From a virus: a stretch of DNA of 64,000 nucleotides. Position 1 is the stretch's first letter. Every line of letters starts with the position of its first letter. The translations under genes and the position numbers were made by a program. A model generated the notes under the pieces. That model was not told the DNA's origin, did no database searches, and saw only the letters and a list, made by a program, of their open reading frames with translations. The stretch spans positions 32,001-96,000 of IMG/VR virus record IMGVR_UViG_3300044705_000115. The stretch is one strand, 5' to 3'. Below, piece after piece: positions 36,743 to 47,250 of the stretch.

Positions 36743-37200
36743 GTTTCCTCCTCTTCACTGGACGCCAGCTCTTCGCCGCCTCCTCGGTCAGGGTGTCGGT
36801 CTCCTCGGTGACAGCGTCTTCGACCAGCAGCGAGCCAGCCTTGTTGTAGCCCTTGACTTCGACCATCCGCTTCCCGTTCTCGAGGAAGTCCCCAGCCTCG
36901 GGTTTGCTCGCGGTCGCGGTCATCGGACGGGCGTCTCCCCAGGAACCAGCTCGCGCTGCCGCGCCCACTGGCGCTCTTTCTCGGCCCGCCAGGTCGGGCA
37001 GTCGGTGTAGCAGTTCAGGCAGAAGGCCGAGAGGGTTCGCGGGTTAGTGGCGGCCCCGATCAGGCTCTTCTCGACCCTGCACTCGACCGTCGGACCCTCC
37101 TCCGTCTCGGCTACGAGGCGGCCTGCCGGGCACTTGACATCGAGCTTTGCTGCGGCCACTTGCCGGAGAGACTAGGGCAGCAGGCGGTCGAACGCAGCGG

Positions 37201-38967
37201 CTACTCGCCGAAACCGGCCTGGTACTCCTCGTCGCGGAAGCCCGGGTCGTAGCGCTGGGCGTCGTACTCGTCGAGTTCTGCCCGCTCGAACTCCAGCATC
37301 TCGTCGAGCGGCTGGAAGACATCTCGCGTGTCCGCATCGACCCCCTGCCGGTAGTGCCAGAGCTCGGTCGCAACCACGTCGTAGACCTCGGCGTGGGTGT
37401 AGTCGTTGGGGCCGGTCTTGCGGTAGTGGACTTTGGTGCGGCCGAACTCGTCAGTTTCCGCCTCGCGCACCTCGCCCTGCAACTCGTCCTTGTAGCCCTC
37501 CGGCAGCGCTTCGGGATCGCATTCGCGGCCCCCAGGAAGCTCGTTGAGCTGGCGCCGGATCAGGTCGTAGGTCGCGTCGATGGCCTCGACCCTGCGCACC
37601 GTCGCCAAGATCAGCTCCTCATCGACAGCGAAGACCTGTTTCTGGTTCTGCGCGTAGGCGACCAGATAGACCCGGCCAGGGAAGCGCTCGGCCAGCCGGC
37701 GGCTCATCCGCTCCTCGGGCGCGTGGTCGATCGCGCACATGTTCACGTTGAAGCGCCGCATCAGCGACTCAAGCTCGTTGAAGGTATCGACGCGCCCGAT
37801 CCACAGCGCCCGCTTGCGCTGGTCCTCGTAGTGCTCACTGATCCGCACGTTCATCGCCCGCGCCGAAGCGACATCGACGCCCATCGTCACGAGGTTGGCC
37901 GTCTGCCGGCCACCGTCCTTCGGCTCGAGCGAGTAGGCACGGCAGGCGGCGGCGATGGCGGCATCGGAAAGGCGCCCCTCCTCGTCGGCGTAGGCGAGGC
38001 CCAGGTCCTTGTTGAAGTGCGTCTTCTTGTCGGTCGGGTTCGTCTTCTTCGAGGCTTTGATGATTTCCCGAACGTTGGTGTTGGGTTTGACTAGGCGCGG
38101 GATGTGGTAGCCGCGAATGTCGATGTCGGGATGCTCGGCGACCCATTCGCCCTGCCGAACATCGAGCGGCTTGCGGCACTTTGAGCAGATGACCGTGGCC
38201 GTCTCTAGATCGACGTTGTCGGGGAACTCGATGTGCTGCCAGTTGCGGCAGGCCGCGCACTTGACCATCCAGCGCCGCATGTCCGATTCCTCGTAGAGCC
38301 GGTCGATCCCCCAGTTCGGGGTCGAGGGGACGCCGACGCGCCGGATCAAGGCGATGTCAGAGCCGGAGATGCGGCGCTCGGCGTCGGGGATGTTCTCCTG
38401 CGTGAGGGTGTCGTACTCGTCCAGCGCGAGGACATCTGCATCGACCGAGTCCAGCGCGGTTTTGGTCTCCGAGCCGCGGAAGTAGACCATGCCCAGCCCG
38501 ATCTGCCGCAGCCCCTTGTTCTGGACATGCGCTGGCGGCACGCGGCCACGCAGGTACTCAGACCCTAGGATCGCCTGCTTGACGCGAGCGTCAGCGAAGT
38601 CGTACATCTGGGCGAGTTTCGGGAAGACGTAGAGCGCGACTAGGGCGCCGATGTCGGCGTGGTACATGACCCAGCGGGTCAGGTAGGCGGAGATGCCGAG
38701 CTGGGTCGCCTTTTTGATCACCATCTCCTTCTCGTAGGCGCCCTCGGCGTACAGCTCGCGCTGGAAGGGGAAGCGGTCGAAGTCGAGCGTCCCCGATTTC
38801 GGCTCAGGTACGCGCAGCGCCCAGTCGAGGAACGGCGTGCGCTGGTTCTTGCGGTCAGCCTGCTGGGTTTCCCAAAGCTCCAGCACCGCCTTCAGCGGGT
38901 CGATGTGGGGCGCCGTGGTCGCGCCCGTCGCCTGGGCACCGAAGCGCGTGGTCAGGGGGCCAGCCAT
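37201..38967 (-). CDS. terminase large subunit (GpA-like family)
   Basis: KATQLGIS Walker A-like, LALDEYD Walker B, CxxC zinc motifs, TMGVDV nuclease motif, NDYTHAEVY. Confidence 0.9.
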   Translation of the reverse strand: MAGPLTTRFGAQATGATTAPHIDPLKAVLELWETQQADRKNQRTPFLDWALRVPEPKSGTLDFDRFPFQRELYAEGAYEKEMVIKKATQLGISAYLTRWVMYHADIGALVALYVFPKLAQMYDFADARVKQAILGSEYLRGRVPPAHVQNKGLRQIGLGMVYFRGSETKTALDSVDADVLALDEYDTLTQENIPDAERRISGSDIALIRRVGVPSTPNWGIDRLYEESDMRRWMVKCAACRNWQHIEFPDNVDLETATVICSKCRKPLDVRQGEWVAEHPDIDIRGYHIPRLVKPNTNVREIIKASKKTNPTDKKTHFNKDLGLAYADEEGRLSDAAIAAACRAYSLEPKDGGRQTANLVTMGVDVASARAMNVRISEHYEDQRKRALWIGRVDTFNELESLMRRFNVNMCAIDHAPEERMSRRLAERFPGRVYLVAYAQNQKQVFAVDEELILATVRRVEAIDATYDLIRRQLNELPGGRECDPEALPEGYKDELQGEVREAETDEFGRTKVHYRKTGPNDYTHAEVYDVVATELWHYRQGVDADTRDVFQPLDEMLEFERAELDEYDAQRYDPGFRDEEYQAGFGE

Positions 38968-39455
38968 CAGTTGCCCGCGAACTGCGAGATGGCCGTCATG
39001 ACCTTCTCGACGGTCTCCTCGGGAACCTGCTCCTCGGTGAAGACGCGAAGAACAGTCGCAGCGAAGGCCCGGACATCCATGTCAACCTTCAGCGTCCCCA
39101 GATCGTTCGGCAGGACGCCCGTGGCCTGCATCAGCGAGGTCATCTTGTCGAGCGCGTCGATCCTCGCCTTGATCGCCCCCACGCGCACGTTGTCGTTTTT
39201 GGTCGTCGACGAGACGAGCGCCAGCTCCTCGATCGAGCCGCGCAACTCGAAGAGAACCTGCTCGACGACCTCAATCGGGTCGATGGTCTTCAGGTTGGGC
39301 TGCGACTCCCGCCACTGCGCCATGACTTCGCGGACGGTCGACTCGTCCACGTTGAAGGTGTCGGCGACAGTGGCATCCGAGAGAGACCGCGCCTTCGCCG
39401 CAACGATCTGCCTATCCCGCTCGACTTTCTCGGCGGCGTTCTTCGCTCGGGCCAC
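38967..39455 (-). CDS. terminase small subunit (N-terminal HTH)
   Basis: HTH (VADTFNVDESTV); immediately upstream of TerL. Confidence 0.7.
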   Translation of the reverse strand: MARAKNAAEKVERDRQIVAAKARSLSDATVADTFNVDESTVREVMAQWRESQPNLKTIDPIEVVEQVLFELRGSIEELALVSSTTKNDNVRVGAIKARIDALDKMTSLMQATGVLPNDLGTLKVDMDVRAFAATVLRVFTEEQVPEETVEKVMTAISQFAGN

Positions 39456-40317
39456 GCTGCGATGTTACGCAGCAGACCCGCCAGCTACTCCGCCGCAGCC
39501 TGCTCCTTGATCTCGCGGAGGAAGGGGCAATCGTCTTCATGGCCCAGCATGATCTGGCCCATGCCCGGCAAGAGGCGTTTGAATGTCACGGTCGGATTGG
39601 CGCAGGTGCATCCGCGCTCTTTGGCCGCCGCCACCATCTCTTTCGCCGCCTGCTTCTGACCCTCAAGACCGGCTGGGACTTCGATCCCGCCGATCTCGGG
39701 GTCGGGCGTAACGGCCGTTCCGCGAGCCAGCAGCGCCGATGCCTCCTTCGCCTCTCTATCGCGCCGGATACGCGCCGCCTTGCCCATTAGCTCCTCCTCG
39801 GATCGACGGGACGCCCGCATCGCTCGCAGCGAAGTCCCTTGGTTTCATGGCCCCAGCGATCACAGGTCTTCTCCGCCGCGCCGGCGTGGCCGATACGGGC
39901 GAACCAGAAGAAGTAGTGCGCGAGAGCGCGGAAGCGCAGGAACGCTCTATGCGTGTAGGGCTGATAGCCCTCGCCGTCAGCGAAGCGCTCCAGCGCCTCC
40001 GGGCTCGGCTCGCGCAGGTTCTCGTAGGTGTCAGGCACCGAGCATCGGCGGCTTGTCGGTGTCGCCTCGCTTGGCCGCCACAAGTATTTCGACGGTGGCT
40101 CGGCGAGCCTCCGCAGAGTCGAGGATGCTGACCTCTACGTCGAGGAAGCCGTCACGGTGCTGCGGGTCCTTCTTGACCTCGGCCACCGTCACCGTGGCAC
40201 CGACCTCGAAACGCGCATTCTCAGTCGGTGCCTGGACGAAGCGCAGGATGTCGCCCTTGCTGATCGGCTTGTCCTCGAACTGGGCGGCTTCCAGCGACAG
40301 CACCGTGACGACAGGAC

Positions 40318-41217
40318 TCATGCCGCCTGCGCCTCCTCCCACGCCTCCTCCAGCGCCTCCTCGGTCATCGGGTCGCCATAGCGCTCGGAGCCCACGAGGG
40401 GGGCCATCGCGCCAGCCATCTTGAAGACACCAGCACCGCCCGATTCTGCCTCCGGCTCAGGCCGCAGCCAAACCAGCGCGAGCGCGTAGGCGAAGTCGTA
40501 GGTGTTGCCGGAGTGGTCGTCGGAGAGGTCGGGCATCAGATCACGGCGTTTCTGCTTGGCCTCGGGGGAGTAGTTGAACTCGGCGCTGCCGAGCGCGTTC
40601 CACCAAGTCAGCCAGATCAGCTCCGGGATCGGCGGCTTCTCCAGCCCCGCATCGACCTTGCCCTGCCAGTACTCCTCGGCCTCGGAGATGTCGCCCTTGG
40701 CCGCCTCCATGGCCGCCCTGCCGAAAACTGCGGCCTGCTCGCAGCAGAACAACTCGTAGCCGCCGAACTTCCAGCCCCAGCTCGGATCGCGCATGTACTT
40801 GGCTATGCGGCGACGGAACTCGATGGGCAGAGCGGCGACCCGCTCCTCGAATTCTGCTTTGCCACCGCGCTCCCACTCCAGCGCTTTGGCCAAATCCTTC
40901 TGCCGGTTCTCCTCCTCCTGCGCTGCGTAATGCTCCTCGGGGGTATTGAAGAAGACGACGGTGCCGCGCAGGGCCATGCCGAGAATGAGGCTCCCGTGCA
41001 CCGTGTAGAGCCGCACCCGATCACCCTTCTCTGGCGGCTCGATTCCGGGGACATCCGGCATCCCGAAGCCGGTTGAATCCTCGGTGGTAATCGTCCAGCC
41101 ACCGCCCGACGTGTACTCCTCAGCGCTCTTGATGATGAGGTCCTTGGCTTCGTAATCGCCATCGGCCAAGCGGTCCTCTGGTAGGCCGCTGCGAGGGAAG
41201 TCAGTCTTGTCTGGCAT
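40318..41217 (-). CDS. hypothetical protein
   Basis: 299-aa ORF with YELFCCEQA and HSGN motifs. Confidence 0.7.
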   Translation of the reverse strand: MPDKTDFPRSGLPEDRLADGDYEAKDLIIKSAEEYTSGGGWTITTEDSTGFGMPDVPGIEPPEKGDRVRLYTVHGSLILGMALRGTVVFFNTPEEHYAAQEEENRQKDLAKALEWERGGKAEFEERVAALPIEFRRRIAKYMRDPSWGWKFGGYELFCCEQAAVFGRAAMEAAKGDISEAEEYWQGKVDAGLEKPPIPELIWLTWWNALGSAEFNYSPEAKQKRRDLMPDLSDDHSGNTYDFAYALALVWLRPEPEAESGGAGVFKMAGAMAPLVGSERYGDPMTEEALEEAWEEAQAA

Positions 41218-41519
41218 TTCGCATCCTTTGCATGTTCATCGTCTCGTTGCCGCACAGCTCGCATTCGGCCACACAGCGCATTGACTCGTGGATGAAGCGC
41301 CGCAAACCCTCGCTCTCGCCAGCCCTGACTCCACAGCTAGTGCAGACCCGCTCCTCGAAGTAGCGAGCCTCGATGCCCTGCTTGCGGTCGGGTTTCAGAA
41401 CCCTCGCGCCCGCGCCAACACCGATCTCGTTGAACTTCGTGTTGCTTCTCGGCCTAGCTCCGTCGAACGGTCCACCGACGAGTTCGATCACTTGCGGTCT
41501 CCTTGGTCGTCGCCAAAGA

Positions 41520-42203
41520 CTACGCCATTTTCTCGTAATCGCGGCACAGCTTCACGAGCGCTTTGGCGCGATCTCCGGTCTCTGCGACAAGGTGGCCGAT
41601 CACGCGCTCGACGACTTCGTGGTCGCGCTTCATCAGCACGAACTGGATCACCTCGGGCGCCTCGCGCTCCTCGCGCTCGACCGATTCGCGGACTTTCTCC
41701 GGCAGCGCGTCGGTGAAGCTGGCGAGCGAGAGGCTGTCCTTGATCGCCGCCGAGTCCATCCCTAGGCGCCGGGCAAGCTCGTCCTCGGGAATGCGCTGGT
41801 TCAGGTCGGCCAGCAGCAGAGCCAGTTTGATCGGGATGAATTCGCCCCGCAGGTTGTTCATCGAGACCATCGCCAACGCCGCCTCGTCGTCGGTGTCGGG
41901 GCTGACGACGACGGCGGGGATAGTCTCCGCCGCGAGTTCGCGCAGCGCCCGCCAGCGATGCTCGCCGTCGATGATCTCGTAGCGCTGCTGACCCGACGGC
42001 GCCTCGCCGACCTCGTGGTGCATGACCTTCTCGCGCACGAGGATCGGCTGCTTGAAACCATGCTCGCGGATGTCCCGCTTCAGCGTTTCCATCTTGTCCT
42101 CGGGCAACTCGTTCGGGTTGCGAGGATTGGGGTCGATCAAGTCGATCTGCAGCGTCTGAACCTCCAGCTCGACATGCCGCAGATCCTCAAGGCTCTTAGC
42201 CAC
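41520..42203 (-). CDS. ParB-like nuclease domain protein
   Basis: PNPRNPN...GFKQPILVR...YEIIDGEHRWRA. Confidence 0.85.
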   Translation of the reverse strand: MAKSLEDLRHVELEVQTLQIDLIDPNPRNPNELPEDKMETLKRDIREHGFKQPILVREKVMHHEVGEAPSGQQRYEIIDGEHRWRALRELAAETIPAVVVSPDTDDEAALAMVSMNNLRGEFIPIKLALLLADLNQRIPEDELARRLGMDSAAIKDSLSLASFTDALPEKVRESVEREEREAPEVIQFVLMKRDHEVVERVIGHLVAETGDRAKALVKLCRDYEKMA

Positions 42204-42666
42204 GCTTCCTCCATTCGATTTTCAGCGGCTCAGCCGCTCGGTACTTGAAGCCGGTCAGGCCCTCGTCATCGGCGACCAGCCAGTAGCCAGTCGTGATGAG
42301 CAGGCCCATCTCTGGCGGTTCTTTCGCTGGCGGCGGGAGCGTGGAGATCCCTGCCGCCTGCTTCACGACGTAGGGACGGCCACTGAGCCAGGGACAGACA
42401 TCGAGGGCGAAGGCCATGCAGTCAGGGTGTGCGGGAGGCTCGCCGAAGGTTCGTCGCTCGATGCTGTACTCGGTGCCGACGAAGGCAATCTTCCTGCCCA
42501 GTCCCTTGCCGCAGAGCTGGCAGAGCCTCAGCGCACCGCAGCGGGCACGGGCAACCTCATCGTGAACCTTGAAGTCGGGGATGCCGTCGATGACAGCGGT
42601 CACCACAGGCACTGGGAAACGCCCGACATGCGGGCGCTCCCGAAGTGCCTGTGGCTCCTCGACCAT
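42196..42666 (-). CDS. hypothetical Cys-rich protein
   Basis: LCQLCG...EPPAHPDC...CPWL. Confidence 0.65.
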   Translation of the reverse strand: MVEEPQALRERPHVGRFPVPVVTAVIDGIPDFKVHDEVARARCGALRLCQLCGKGLGRKIAFVGTEYSIERRTFGEPPAHPDCMAFALDVCPWLSGRPYVVKQAAGISTLPPPAKEPPEMGLLITTGYWLVADDEGLTGFKYRAAEPLKIEWRKRG

Positions 42667-42989
42667 CAGTCGTCGGAACCGCCGCCACCGGCAGTCGCCG
42701 CCGGCGAACGGCGCTGGCGCGTCCCCACCGTCGATGCCTGGCCGAACTCGTCGACGATCTTCGTCGTCCGGTTGCGCGGCACCACCGGGAAGTTCCTCTG
42801 GGCCGGTGCAGCGTAGGTGCCGCCCTTTTCCTCCTCGCCGAAGCCCTCGGTCGCGGCGACGATCGCGTCGTTGCCGTTGGCCGCAGTCTCGGCCCCGATC
42901 TCGACCCAGACCCGCTTGCCCTCCGCGAGCGCCTTGGCCACGGCCTCTTCGTCGCCCTGCTTCAGCACCACGTACTCGGTGTCAGCCAC
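42666..42989 (-). CDS. hypothetical protein
   Basis: RBS; coupled. Confidence 0.6.
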   Translation of the reverse strand: MADTEYVVLKQGDEEAVAKALAEGKRVWVEIGAETAANGNDAIVAATEGFGEEEKGGTYAAPAQRNFPVVPRNRTTKIVDEFGQASTVGTRQRRSPAATAGGGGSDD

Positions 42990-43011
42990 CTTCTCGTCCT
43001 TTCGTTGTGGC

Positions 43012-44043
43012 TCACGTCGCGCACAAGATGTACTCGTGGCTCGTGGCCTTGGTGTGGTCGTTCTCCTTGCTGGTGATGTGGCCGTAGCGGATCGCGTGCA
43101 TCTGCACCGTCCGCCCGCGCTCCCTCATCAGCTCTGCAAGCTCCTCGGCGTCAACGCCCTTGCCCCCGACCGAGACGACCCAGGCGGCGATGTGCCCTGC
43201 TGCATCGAAGACCTCGGCGAGGTGCCGCCAGCCTCCGGCGCGGCTGAAACGGCTCGGGCCTGTGGGCGGCGTTTCGTTCTGCAGGATGCCGTCGAGCGCC
43301 CAGTAGTTGCGCTCGTACGTCTCGGTCTCCGGGTAGGGAGGGTCGAGGTAGAGGACATCCGGCGTCTCGGGAAGCAGGTCGAACAGGCCCAGCACATCGG
43401 CCCGGAACATGCGGTTGTCCTGGCCGTTGGAGAAGACCCCCTGCCCCATCGCAGCGAGGGCGAGCAGCATCATCCTCCGGGGCCTGGTCAGCGCTGGCAC
43501 ACGGTCGATCTGAGTTGGCGTCATCGCGTCCCACTCGCCCTTCCGCGCGTGGCTGACGCCGAGCGAGCGCACCTGGCCCCACATCGAGAGCCGAGTCGCA
43601 GTCTTCAGCATCAGCGAGCGCATCAGCGCCGCCCGCGCGGGGTTCTCGTACTCCAGCGCTGCCTTGGCGATCTGGGCCAGCAGTTCGCGGGCGCCGTCGG
43701 GCCACGGCAGGTCCTTAACCGGCGGGAGCCACCAGTCGTTGACGTTCTGCTCGAGCGCAATCGCAGCGTCGCTCTCGGTCAACTTCACGCTGTCGTTCTC
43801 GACGAACGCCTGGCCCACAGCCTCGCTGCGGCGGCTGACATCGTTGGCGAAGACGCGGTAGCCCAGGCGCTTGCCCGTCAACGCCACCGAGCATCCGCCA
43901 GCGAAGGCATCGCACAGCACGTACCCCTGGCCGGGCGGGAAGCCAGCCTCGGAGATGGCAGCGAAGATCGGCTGGGCCAGCTCACGCTTGCTGCCGAGAT
44001 ACTGCGGCAAGGCATCGAGGCAGGCCAACGCTGACTTAGGCAT
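43012..44043 (-). CDS. DNA adenine methyltransferase (D12/Dam class)
   Basis: YLGSK, DAFAGGCSV and LYLDPPY motifs. Confidence 0.85.
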   Translation of the reverse strand: MPKSALACLDALPQYLGSKRELAQPIFAAISEAGFPPGQGYVLCDAFAGGCSVALTGKRLGYRVFANDVSRRSEAVGQAFVENDSVKLTESDAAIALEQNVNDWWLPPVKDLPWPDGARELLAQIAKAALEYENPARAALMRSLMLKTATRLSMWGQVRSLGVSHARKGEWDAMTPTQIDRVPALTRPRRMMLLALAAMGQGVFSNGQDNRMFRADVLGLFDLLPETPDVLYLDPPYPETETYERNYWALDGILQNETPPTGPSRFSRAGGWRHLAEVFDAAGHIAAWVVSVGGKGVDAEELAELMRERGRTVQMHAIRYGHITSKENDHTKATSHEYILCAT

Positions 44044-44311
44044 CCATCCACTCCGCCGTCCGCAGAAGAACCGCTGCTGCCTGGATCAACTCCTCGCGCG
44101 TCTGCGACCAGTCGGCGTGGTCGCACATCGGCGTCGGGCACTTGCAGCGCCCCTTCCGCCACGCTTTCAGCGCCTCCTCGACCTCGTCTTCGGCGGCGGC
44201 GATACCGAGCCGCACGCCGTCCCTCGTCGGCGGATAGCCGCTCGGGTGAACCTCGTCCTGCCGAACCATCTCGGCCATGACCTCGCCGAACAGGTCGAGC
44301 CTGTCAGCCAT
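44036..44311 (-). CDS. MazG-like nucleotide pyrophosphohydrolase
   Basis: E..RQ...EDEVEE...REELIQAAAV. Confidence 0.65.
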   Translation of the reverse strand: MADRLDLFGEVMAEMVRQDEVHPSGYPPTRDGVRLGIAAAEDEVEEALKAWRKGRCKCPTPMCDHADWSQTREELIQAAAVLLRTAEWMDA

Positions 44312-46346
44312 CAGGGTCTCTCCTTTCGTCGCAGGCCGCGATCCGCGACCCGATGAAGCTGATCACCGGCACGGTCACTGCGTCGCCCATCGCGGCGTAG
44401 CGGTGCGCGTCGGGCTGTGGATCGTGCGGGACGCCGCCAGCGCCGTCGGTGACCAGCATGTCGGCCTCGGTCGGCGGGTGGGAGTTGTTGCGCGGGTTCG
44501 ACCGCAGCGTCGGTGCGGCGTCAGCCACGAGCGGCGTGCCGCGGCCAGTGCCGTCCTCGCTGGCATCGTGGCCCTCGGAGGTCAGCGCGTGTGCGACCGC
44601 GCCGGCGCCTGTCTCGTCGCAGGTCGGCGCGACCTCTGCCTGAACGCCGATTCCATTCGCCCCCTGCTGCGCGGTGCGGATCGAGTGAACCGGACCGACA
44701 GCGTGCGGCTTGCCAGTCATCAGGCCGAAGGACTGGCCATCGTCGCGGACACCGATCCCTGCATCGCGGAGACGGATGCGCCCTTCGGCGTCGGGCGATG
44801 GCGTCAAGGAGTCGCCCGAGCGCCCGATCGCGTCGGTATGGATGCACGACGGCTCGACGGCAAGCGTTCCGTTCAGCCTGCCATCGACGAGCGTGCGGGC
44901 ATGGTCAGCCTCTTCCCAGCTCTCGTAGTCCTCGTCGTGGTTTGCAGCATGGCGCTTGGTGTAGGCGACCAGCTCCCAGTTCGGCGGATACCCGAGCTGG
45001 TAGTAGCTCGGCGTATCGGCGAGGCTCGGGCCATCAGGGATCGTCCAGCCATCCGGGAAGCCCTGCAGCCGCTCGCACTCGGTCGGCGTGAGACGCCGCA
45101 CCTGAGAGCCAGCGGCGAGGCGCGTGTCCTGGTGGCTGCCGGGATCCGCTGACAGCGACATCGCCTGATCGACCTCGCGCACCTCCTCGCGCTGGTTCTG
45201 GACGAAGGCGGTGGGGGCGGCCGCGCCCTTCCCGACCCGAAGCGCGGGCGACATGTCATCGAGGGGCGCAGCGTCTCCCTGGGTGCCGTCGAAAGCGACG
45301 AGGTTGACATCGTCCTCCTGCCGTCGACCCGGCTCTGAGACGCCATCGCCTGTCGCGCTGCCGCGGGTCAGCGGCGCAGCTACCTCCGGCGATCCTTCGA
45401 CGATCACGGCATCGTCCGCGTCGGAGGTGACGCCCTTCTGGTAGCGCTTGGTCAGCGCCGGGGCGATGGTGAGTGGCTGGCTATCGGTGCGCGACCCCGG
45501 CTTGCCGTTGCGGTCCAGGGAGCCGTTGGCCAGCAGCGTGTCGGCTACGTCAGGCTCATCTGCGACGAGCCATCCGGCCTCGGCGTCTGGGAGGTCGGCG
45601 CCGCTGTTCCCGAATCGGCTGGTGAGGGACTGGCTGACTCCTCCGGGGGTACCGACTGCGCCAGCGCCCTTAGGCTCGCCTCGAGGGCGGCGGGCAGCGC
45701 CCGGTCGCGCTTCTGCGCTCGCCGCAGAATCCCCCTCGCCGCCCGCCCGCTCAAGTAGAACCTCGGATGGCACCGGGCCACCAAGACAGCCGACAACGAA
45801 CAGGCGATGGCGTCGTTGGGGGACTCCGAAGTGTTGAGAGTTGAGGGTGCGCCATACGGCCCCTCCCCACGGCCCAGCGGCCACACCTGAGCGTGTCCAT
45901 CCTCCGGCGGGAACATGGCACTCGGCGCCCACGAAGGCGCCCAGGACGAGTGCGAAGTCCAGGCCGCCGTTCGAGGAGAGGGCACCTGGCACGTTCTCCC
46001 AGAGGGTCCAGCGAGGAACGAGGGAATTGCGGAGTCGGATGAAGTGCCAGAAGAGGCCCGAGCGCTCGCCTTCGAGTCCACTGCGCTTGCCGGCGACGCT
46101 GAGGTCTTGGCAGGGCGTTCCTCCGACGAGGCAGTCGATCGGGTCGAGGGCATCTGGATCAAGCTCCGTGATGTCGGGGTGGACAGGGATGTCGGGCCAG
46201 TGGCGGCCTAGGATCGCGCGGCGCTGCGGAAGCACCTCGCACATCCACCGCACGTCGAAGCGGGCGGACGCACGATGAAGGCCGAGCTCGAAGCCGCCAA
46301 CGCCGCTGCAGACCGAGCCGACGCGCAGTTTCTCCTGGTCGGACAC
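44304..46346 (-). CDS. DNA (cytosine-5) methyltransferase
   Basis: SGVGG, GTPCQDLS, ENVPG, QRRHR, RRLTPTECERLQGFP and GDAVTVP motifs. Confidence 0.9.
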   Translation of the reverse strand: MSDQEKLRVGSVCSGVGGFELGLHRASARFDVRWMCEVLPQRRAILGRHWPDIPVHPDITELDPDALDPIDCLVGGTPCQDLSVAGKRSGLEGERSGLFWHFIRLRNSLVPRWTLWENVPGALSSNGGLDFALVLGAFVGAECHVPAGGWTRSGVAAGPWGGAVWRTLNSQHFGVPQRRHRLFVVGCLGGPVPSEVLLERAGGEGDSAASAEARPGAARRPRGEPKGAGAVGTPGGVSQSLTSRFGNSGADLPDAEAGWLVADEPDVADTLLANGSLDRNGKPGSRTDSQPLTIAPALTKRYQKGVTSDADDAVIVEGSPEVAAPLTRGSATGDGVSEPGRRQEDDVNLVAFDGTQGDAAPLDDMSPALRVGKGAAAPTAFVQNQREEVREVDQAMSLSADPGSHQDTRLAAGSQVRRLTPTECERLQGFPDGWTIPDGPSLADTPSYYQLGYPPNWELVAYTKRHAANHDEDYESWEEADHARTLVDGRLNGTLAVEPSCIHTDAIGRSGDSLTPSPDAEGRIRLRDAGIGVRDDGQSFGLMTGKPHAVGPVHSIRTAQQGANGIGVQAEVAPTCDETGAGAVAHALTSEGHDASEDGTGRGTPLVADAAPTLRSNPRNNSHPPTEADMLVTDGAGGVPHDPQPDAHRYAAMGDAVTVPVISFIGSRIAACDERRDPDG
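45545..46153 (-). CDS. overlapping alternative-frame polypeptide, M.EcoHK31I beta-like
   Basis: SESPNDAIACSLSAVL...FYLSGRAARGILRRA.KR...LP..L. Confidence 0.6.
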   Translation of the reverse strand: MPSTRSTASSEERPAKTSASPASAVDSKASARASSGTSSDSAIPSFLAGPSGRTCQVPSPRTAAWTSHSSWAPSWAPSAMFPPEDGHAQVWPLGRGEGPYGAPSTLNTSESPNDAIACSLSAVLVARCHPRFYLSGRAARGILRRAQKRDRALPAALEASLRALAQSVPPEESASPSPADSGTAAPTSQTPRPDGSSQMSLT

Positions 46347-46407
46347 TGGGCCGGAAGCTACCTAGGGGAGCGGACGCGGGACGCCGCTGATTCCGCATCT
46401 TGCGGCG

Positions 46408-47247
46408 TCAGCAGTTGACCTTGACCGCCGGCGTGCAGACATGCGCCGGAAGGTTGCCGGGAAGGGCTTCGATTTCCACCGGAGCGCCTTTTTCCGGCAG
46501 GACTTTGATGCCGACCGCAGAGCTTCCGGGGCCACCCTGGGAGTCGCCGTCTTCGTTCTGATCACCGCCTTCGCTGGGGGCGGTGGCTGGCGGCACCGCT
46601 GGCGCAGCGGCGGGCGGCGGGCTGGGCACTGGCGTACTCGGAGTCGGCTGGTGGTTCTCGCCGCCGCCCTTGGAGCCGCCCTTTCCGTTCCCGCCGCTTC
46701 CGCCGCCAGCACCGCCGCCTGCGGGCTGGTGAGGGCTACTGGTCGCGGGATTCTCGCTGGGCGCCTGCTCGGGAGCGCTGGTGGCCGGGCCGGCGCGGCT
46801 GTTGCCAGTTCCTTCACTCGCCGAAGTGCTGCGCGGAGACGCTGGCGGGGGCTGCGGGTGGATGCATTCGACATCGACCCCGTGCCCGTTGATCAGCATC
46901 ACCTCAGCCGCCTTCTTGACGAGAATGCAGCTCTGCAGGCTGGTCACGAGGGCGATCGCCTGGGAGAAGTTGCGGTGGCACTGCTTCGGTTCGATCGGGC
47001 GCCCGGTCTTCTCGTCCGGCGTGCAGGGCGATTCCTGCAGAACGCGGATGTTCTGCTTGGTGACGTTGATGTCGTGGCCCTGCTTCTCGACTTCGGCGCT
47101 GAGGACGTATGCCTTGATGCCGGAGTAGACCGCGAAGCCGACGAAGACGACGATCAGCAGGCCCGTGATGGTCACATGGTGGCGGTCGTAGAAGGCCGCA
47201 GATTTCGGGAAACGCTCGCGGAGACGGGACTGGAGTTTGCCGAGCAT
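46408..47247 (-). CDS. membrane-anchored Pro/Gly-rich protein
   Basis: TM helix, coiled segment with Cys pairs, low-complexity tail. Confidence 0.65.
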   Translation of the reverse strand: MLGKLQSRLRERFPKSAAFYDRHHVTITGLLIVVFVGFAVYSGIKAYVLSAEVEKQGHDINVTKQNIRVLQESPCTPDEKTGRPIEPKQCHRNFSQAIALVTSLQSCILVKKAAEVMLINGHGVDVECIHPQPPPASPRSTSASEGTGNSRAGPATSAPEQAPSENPATSSPHQPAGGGAGGGSGGNGKGGSKGGGENHQPTPSTPVPSPPPAAAPAVPPATAPSEGGDQNEDGDSQGGPGSSAVGIKVLPEKGAPVEIEALPGNLPAHVCTPAVKVNC

Positions 47248-47250
47248 GGA

